NCBI GenBank assembly: GCA_003141555.1
Contig: PLMN01000012.1
Span: 139,487-203,486, forward strand
Origin: Candidatus Aminicenantes bacterium
GTDB lineage: Bacteria > Acidobacteriota > Aminicenantia > Aminicenantales > UBA4085
Direction: 5' to 3'
DNA length: 64,000 bases
Position numbers and translations under genes: made by a program. The notes under the pieces are model-generated. The model ran no database searches. It was not told the origin of the DNA and saw nothing but the letters and a program-made list of their open reading frames with translations. How positions within the stretch are numbered: the first letter of the stretch is position 1; every line of letters starts with the position of its first letter. Of this stretch, positions 60,628-64,000 are shown one piece after another.

Positions 60628-62436
60628 ATGTCCTTTGAGCGAGTTCTCCTGGTCATGCCTTCGGGACGGCATGGGCTCGGTTTCGCCTTGGACATCATCC
60701 CCACCGGGCTGGAGTACCTGGCCGCGTCCATTGAAGAGTGCGTTTCCGATGTCCACATCGTCGATCTCAAGATGGAAGATCGGCCCTTCGATTATTTCTT
60801 GCGGAGGTTCAAGCCCGATCTGGTGGGCATCTCGATGTGCGCCACGGAGCATGCCGAAGGCCTGGAGATCGCCCGACAGGCCCGGAAGCGGGGGGCCGTC
60901 ACGGTCGTCGGCAATTATCACCCGACGGGACTCGCCGGCTTTTTCGCCTCCGAGCCCGACCTCGATTTCGTCGTCCGCGGCGAGGGGGAAGCCACGTTTC
61001 GGGATCTTGTCGCCCGGGGAGGGGCGGAGGGCGTGGCCGGCGTGTCTTACAGGGCGCAATCGGGCGCGGTGGTCCATAACCCGGATCGGCCTCTGATCGA
61101 GGATTTGGACGCCCTGCCGTTTCCCGCGCGGCATCTTCGACGGCACGCGTACGTGAAGAGGATCGACAGGACGGCCAGGCGGGACGTTCTCACCTTGTCC
61201 CGCGGCTGTCGGGGCCGATGCACATTCTGCTGCGAGCCGTCCATGTCGAAGAGCGTCCCCCGATTCAGATCGCCCGAGCCGATCTTGAACGAGATCGTCG
61301 AGGTCTATGCCCGGCATGGGAAAGGGCGTCTTTCGTTCAGCGTCACCGATCCGAATGCCCTGGGAAACGCGGAGATCATGGCTGCGCTGTGCGATCGTCT
61401 CGCCCCCCTCCGCCTGGATGTGGAATTCGGCTGCCATATCAGGGCGGACGCCGTCGTCGCCCATCCCGAGGTGATCGAAAAGATGGTCAAGGCGGGGTTC
61501 TTCTCCTTTGAAATGGGGATTGAAAGCCCGAATCCGAGGGACCTTCAAGCGACGAAAAAGGGGTCGGGAACGGAGCTTCATGAAAAGGCCTGTCGGATCA
61601 TCCGGGCCTGCGGTGCTCAGCCTCTCGGCACGTTCGTGATCGGACTCCCGGATCAAACCGAGGCCGAGATTCTGACGTTCCCGGATTATGGGCGGCGGAT
61701 CGGACTTTCCAAGGCGGCGTTCGGCATCGCCACGCCGTTCCCGGGGACGGCGTTCTACAAAGACCTGGACGAGCAGGGCCTGATCTTTGAAAGCGACTGG
61801 ACCAAATTCGATGAAATGCACTCGGTGTTTCACAACTCCTCGCTTCCCGACCGGCGCGTCGAACATCTGGCGACCCGGTGCATGTCAAGATTTTGGACCG
61901 CGGACCAGCTGTTGGATATCGAATATCTGGACAAGATCCGGAAAGGCCGAAAGAAATCTATCTCCCAGTTTGGGCGACACGTCCGGGAACTCATCGACAT
62001 GGGGCAGAACGCCCTTGTGCAGCTCCAGGAGGGAGACTCCCTTTCCCATATCCTGGAATTCCTGAGAGACGCGCCGGATCCCTCCACGGAAGAAAAGACG
62101 AGGGCGCTCAAGATTCATGAGCTGATCGAGATGGACAGGTTTTTGAGAATCCTCGGAGATCAAGTCATCGAAATCACGTTCGACTACAAGGCCCAAGCCC
62201 TCACGAGCTGGATCCTGGAGCTCAAGAATAGGGCCGTGGATTGCATCAAGGTGATCTCCGGCGCGCAGGACGGCGCGACCGTCCATTTCCGGCTGGATCT
62301 GGCCTTCCTCGAGCGCCACCCCCGGCCATCCTGGGGCCAGAGAATTCTCCTCGCGGGAAAGCTCCTCCGTTCGAATCGGGGCTTGGCCCGGCGGGTCAAC
62401 CTAGCCCGGCTGATCCTGGCCGCCGCGTTCAATTAG
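60628..62436 (+). CDS. B12-binding radical SAM protein (class B rSAM) with a ~150-aa C-terminal extension
   Basis: N-terminal cobalamin-binding Rossmann region (PDLVGISMCATEHAEGL). CRGRCTFC radical-SAM motif. 602 aa. Confidence 0.8.
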   Translation: MSFERVLLVMPSGRHGLGFALDIIPTGLEYLAASIEECVSDVHIVDLKMEDRPFDYFLRRFKPDLVGISMCATEHAEGLEIARQARKRGAVTVVGNYHPTGLAGFFASEPDLDFVVRGEGEATFRDLVARGGAEGVAGVSYRAQSGAVVHNPDRPLIEDLDALPFPARHLRRHAYVKRIDRTARRDVLTLSRGCRGRCTFCCEPSMSKSVPRFRSPEPILNEIVEVYARHGKGRLSFSVTDPNALGNAEIMAALCDRLAPLRLDVEFGCHIRADAVVAHPEVIEKMVKAGFFSFEMGIESPNPRDLQATKKGSGTELHEKACRIIRACGAQPLGTFVIGLPDQTEAEILTFPDYGRRIGLSKAAFGIATPFPGTAFYKDLDEQGLIFESDWTKFDEMHSVFHNSSLPDRRVEHLATRCMSRFWTADQLLDIEYLDKIRKGRKKSISQFGRHVRELIDMGQNALVQLQEGDSLSHILEFLRDAPDPSTEEKTRALKIHELIEMDRFLRILGDQVIEITFDYKAQALTSWILELKNRAVDCIKVISGAQDGATVHFRLDLAFLERHPRPSWGQRILLAGKLLRSNRGLARRVNLARLILAAAFN

Positions 62437-62459
62437 GAAAAAGGGGCGGCGATCCCGCT

Positions 62460-63299
62460 TTACTGCTTGACCAGCTCCACCCGGCGATTCTTCGCTTTCC
62501 CGTCCGCGGTGTCGTTCGCGGCGACCGGGGCCAGCGGCCCGACGCCGAAAGCCTTCAGGCGCCCGGGGGCGATGCCGTACTTGCCGGCCAGCGCCTGGAC
62601 GACCGCCGCGGCCCGGGCTTCGGACAGCTTCATGTTGATGTCCAGCGAGCCGTCATTGTCGGTGTGCCCGACGACGTTCAATTTCAGCCCGGGGTCGCCT
62701 TTCAACAGCTTGGCGATTTCTCCCAGGGCCGGATCGGAGGCGGGCTTGATCTCCGATTTCCCCGAGTCGAAGTAGATGCCGTAAACGGCGGCGTGACCCG
62801 TCGTCCGGATGTCATTGGAGAAGGCGGCGGCGTCGGCCACGACCTGCTGCTGCATGCCGGCCTTCTCGATGATCCAGAGGCTGTATTGCGAGGTGATGTA
62901 GGCGTCCACGTGCACCCAGATCTCCTTCTCTCCCTGGGTGACCTTCAGGTACGAGCTGCCGTCGCGGTCGTGGTTCAAGACGGTCCCGCCGATCTTCTTG
63001 ATGGCGCTCTCGTACTGTCGGAGGATCTCCAGCCGGCTCGGCTCTTTTCCATTGGGCTGGAGGACATAGAAGATGAAGGAGCTCTTCCCTTCCACCTCCA
63101 CTTTCTTGTCGCCCTCGAGATAGAAGTCATGGGCCTCGAAATCCTTGGTCTCCGCCCGGGAGATATAGAACCCCGGCATGCGGCTGAGCAAGGGATGGTC
63201 CTTGGTTCCCTCGGCATCGGTTTCCTGGGCTCCGGCGGTCCCCACCGCGAGGACGAACAGCCCGGCCAAAAGAAGAGAAAGACATGCCGGCTTTTTCAT
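62460..63299 (-). CDS. OmpA-family protein (periplasmic or outer-membrane, peptidoglycan-associated)
   Basis: Signal peptide. C-terminal OmpA-like domain (NVVGHTDNDGS...LSEARAAAV...NRRVELV). Confidence 0.8.
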   Translation of the reverse strand: MKKPACLSLLLAGLFVLAVGTAGAQETDAEGTKDHPLLSRMPGFYISRAETKDFEAHDFYLEGDKKVEVEGKSSFIFYVLQPNGKEPSRLEILRQYESAIKKIGGTVLNHDRDGSSYLKVTQGEKEIWVHVDAYITSQYSLWIIEKAGMQQQVVADAAAFSNDIRTTGHAAVYGIYFDSGKSEIKPASDPALGEIAKLLKGDPGLKLNVVGHTDNDGSLDINMKLSEARAAAVVQALAGKYGIAPGRLKAFGVGPLAPVAANDTADGKAKNRRVELVKQ

Positions 63300-63575
63300 G
63301 GGTGAACTCCTTCACTCCGGGTTCGGCGAATTCCCCGGGGCTCTTAATCTTAATCCGCATCGGAGCCTTGTCAAGCGCGGGCGTTTCCGGCAGGGGAGGA
63401 CTTGACAAGCGGGATCCAGGTCGGGCGTTGACCCGCCCCCCGATCCGAAAGCGGCAATTTTATTAAGGAAGGTCTATTTGGCCGGCTTTTTTCCAACGGC
63501 CCGATGATACGAATATGATGATCTCAAGGAGGGAGCGTTGTCGAATGAAACATGCCTGGAAATGCCGGGCGGGAC

Positions 63576-64000
63576 CTAGCTTCGGGCGATCATCTCCGTG
63601 AGGAGCTGGATGTGGCGCTGGTCCTCCCCGGAGAGATGGCGAAACAGCTTCTGGAGGGAAGCGTCCTTGATTTCGACCGCGGTATCGAGGTGGACCTGTT
63701 CGAAGCGTTTCTCGAGAGCGAGGAGCCTGCGGAGCCCGGAGATCGGATTTTCCCCCTTGTCGAGGTCCAGGAGCAGGGCTTCGAGCAGCCCGATCCCCGC
63801 CTTGATGTCGGCAACTTGGATGAGCTCTTTTCCAAAGAGATCGGGGAGCCGGAGGGCATAGACTTTGCCCGAACGGAGGACGCTCGAATGGTTGAGCTCG
63901 TCCTGGGCGATTTGGCGCAGGATCGCGGCGTCGGAATCCGTTTTCACGGAAAATTCCAGCTTGGCGTAACAAGCCGAAAGCTTGAGCTCGAACTCGGCGC
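63576..64000 (-). CDS. Hypothetical helical (possibly ferritin-like) protein, partial. The open frame continues past the window end.
   Basis: There is no in-frame stop between 63947 and 64000 on the minus strand. The composition is alpha-helical with charged residues. Family assignment is uncertain. Confidence 0.3.
   Translation of the reverse strand, partial: AEFELKLSACYAKLEFSVKTDSDAAILRQIAQDELNHSSVLRSGKVYALRLPDLFGKELIQVADIKAGIGLLEALLLDLDKGENPISGLRRLLALEKRFEQVHLDTAVEIKDASLQKLFRHLSGEDQRHIQLLTEMIARS

Noticed and set aside
1-64000. tRNA, rRNA and CRISPR arrays
   Set aside because: No T-loop-like GGTTCGAATCC-type sequences were seen in the larger intergenic regions (54997-55361, 60244-60627, 13063-13529) and no regularly spaced direct repeats were seen anywhere. 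tRNAs cannot be excluded without tRNAscan or Infernal.

Overview
This is a 64 kb window of a high-GC (roughly two-thirds G+C by eye) bacterial chromosome with dense coding on both strands. The gene content is typical of a soil heterotroph and looks Acidobacteriota-like, although that attribution is an inference. It includes three paralogous S9 serine peptidases, two GH38 alpha-mannosidases, an M14 carboxypeptidase, a GH5-like hydrolase, an aryl-sulfotransferase-like protein, an ECF sigma/anti-sigma pair with a tandem TonB-C protein, a PPi-type phosphofructokinase operon, and the divergently arranged rRNA methyltransferases rlmN and rlmD. No rRNA genes, CRISPR arrays, transposases or integrases were found by eye, and I could not search rigorously for tRNAs.

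The most interesting locus is at 39.3-49.9 kb. A sigma54-dependent (NtrC-type) response regulator and a sensor kinase precede kdpF-kdpA-kdpB-kdpC, and a TGGCAT-N5-TTGCA (-24/-12) promoter sits in front of the kinase. The operon ends with a KdpD N-terminal/Usp protein whose C-terminus is a PtsN-like PTS EIIA(Ntr) domain in place of the membrane and histidine-kinase part of KdpD.

Other notable items:
- a PilZ domain fused to a PilT-like ATPase whose Walker A lysine, Asp box and His box are all substituted (probable c-di-GMP-binding pseudo-ATPase);
- an AT-rich MITE-like element with 21-bp perfect terminal inverted repeats;
- a four-copy palindromic array of a 13-nt motif (GAAATCGGTGACA);
- a repeated hairpin element sharing a 20-nt core;
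- a long GC-rich nested-inverted-repeat region;
- a GH5-like gene whose signal peptide lies in a different frame from the catalytic body;
- a gene fragmented across three frames, and a truncated DUF1697 remnant.

Coordinates for adjusted starts are my own reading of RBS and ATG context. The supplied ORF track includes stop codons in its end coordinates.
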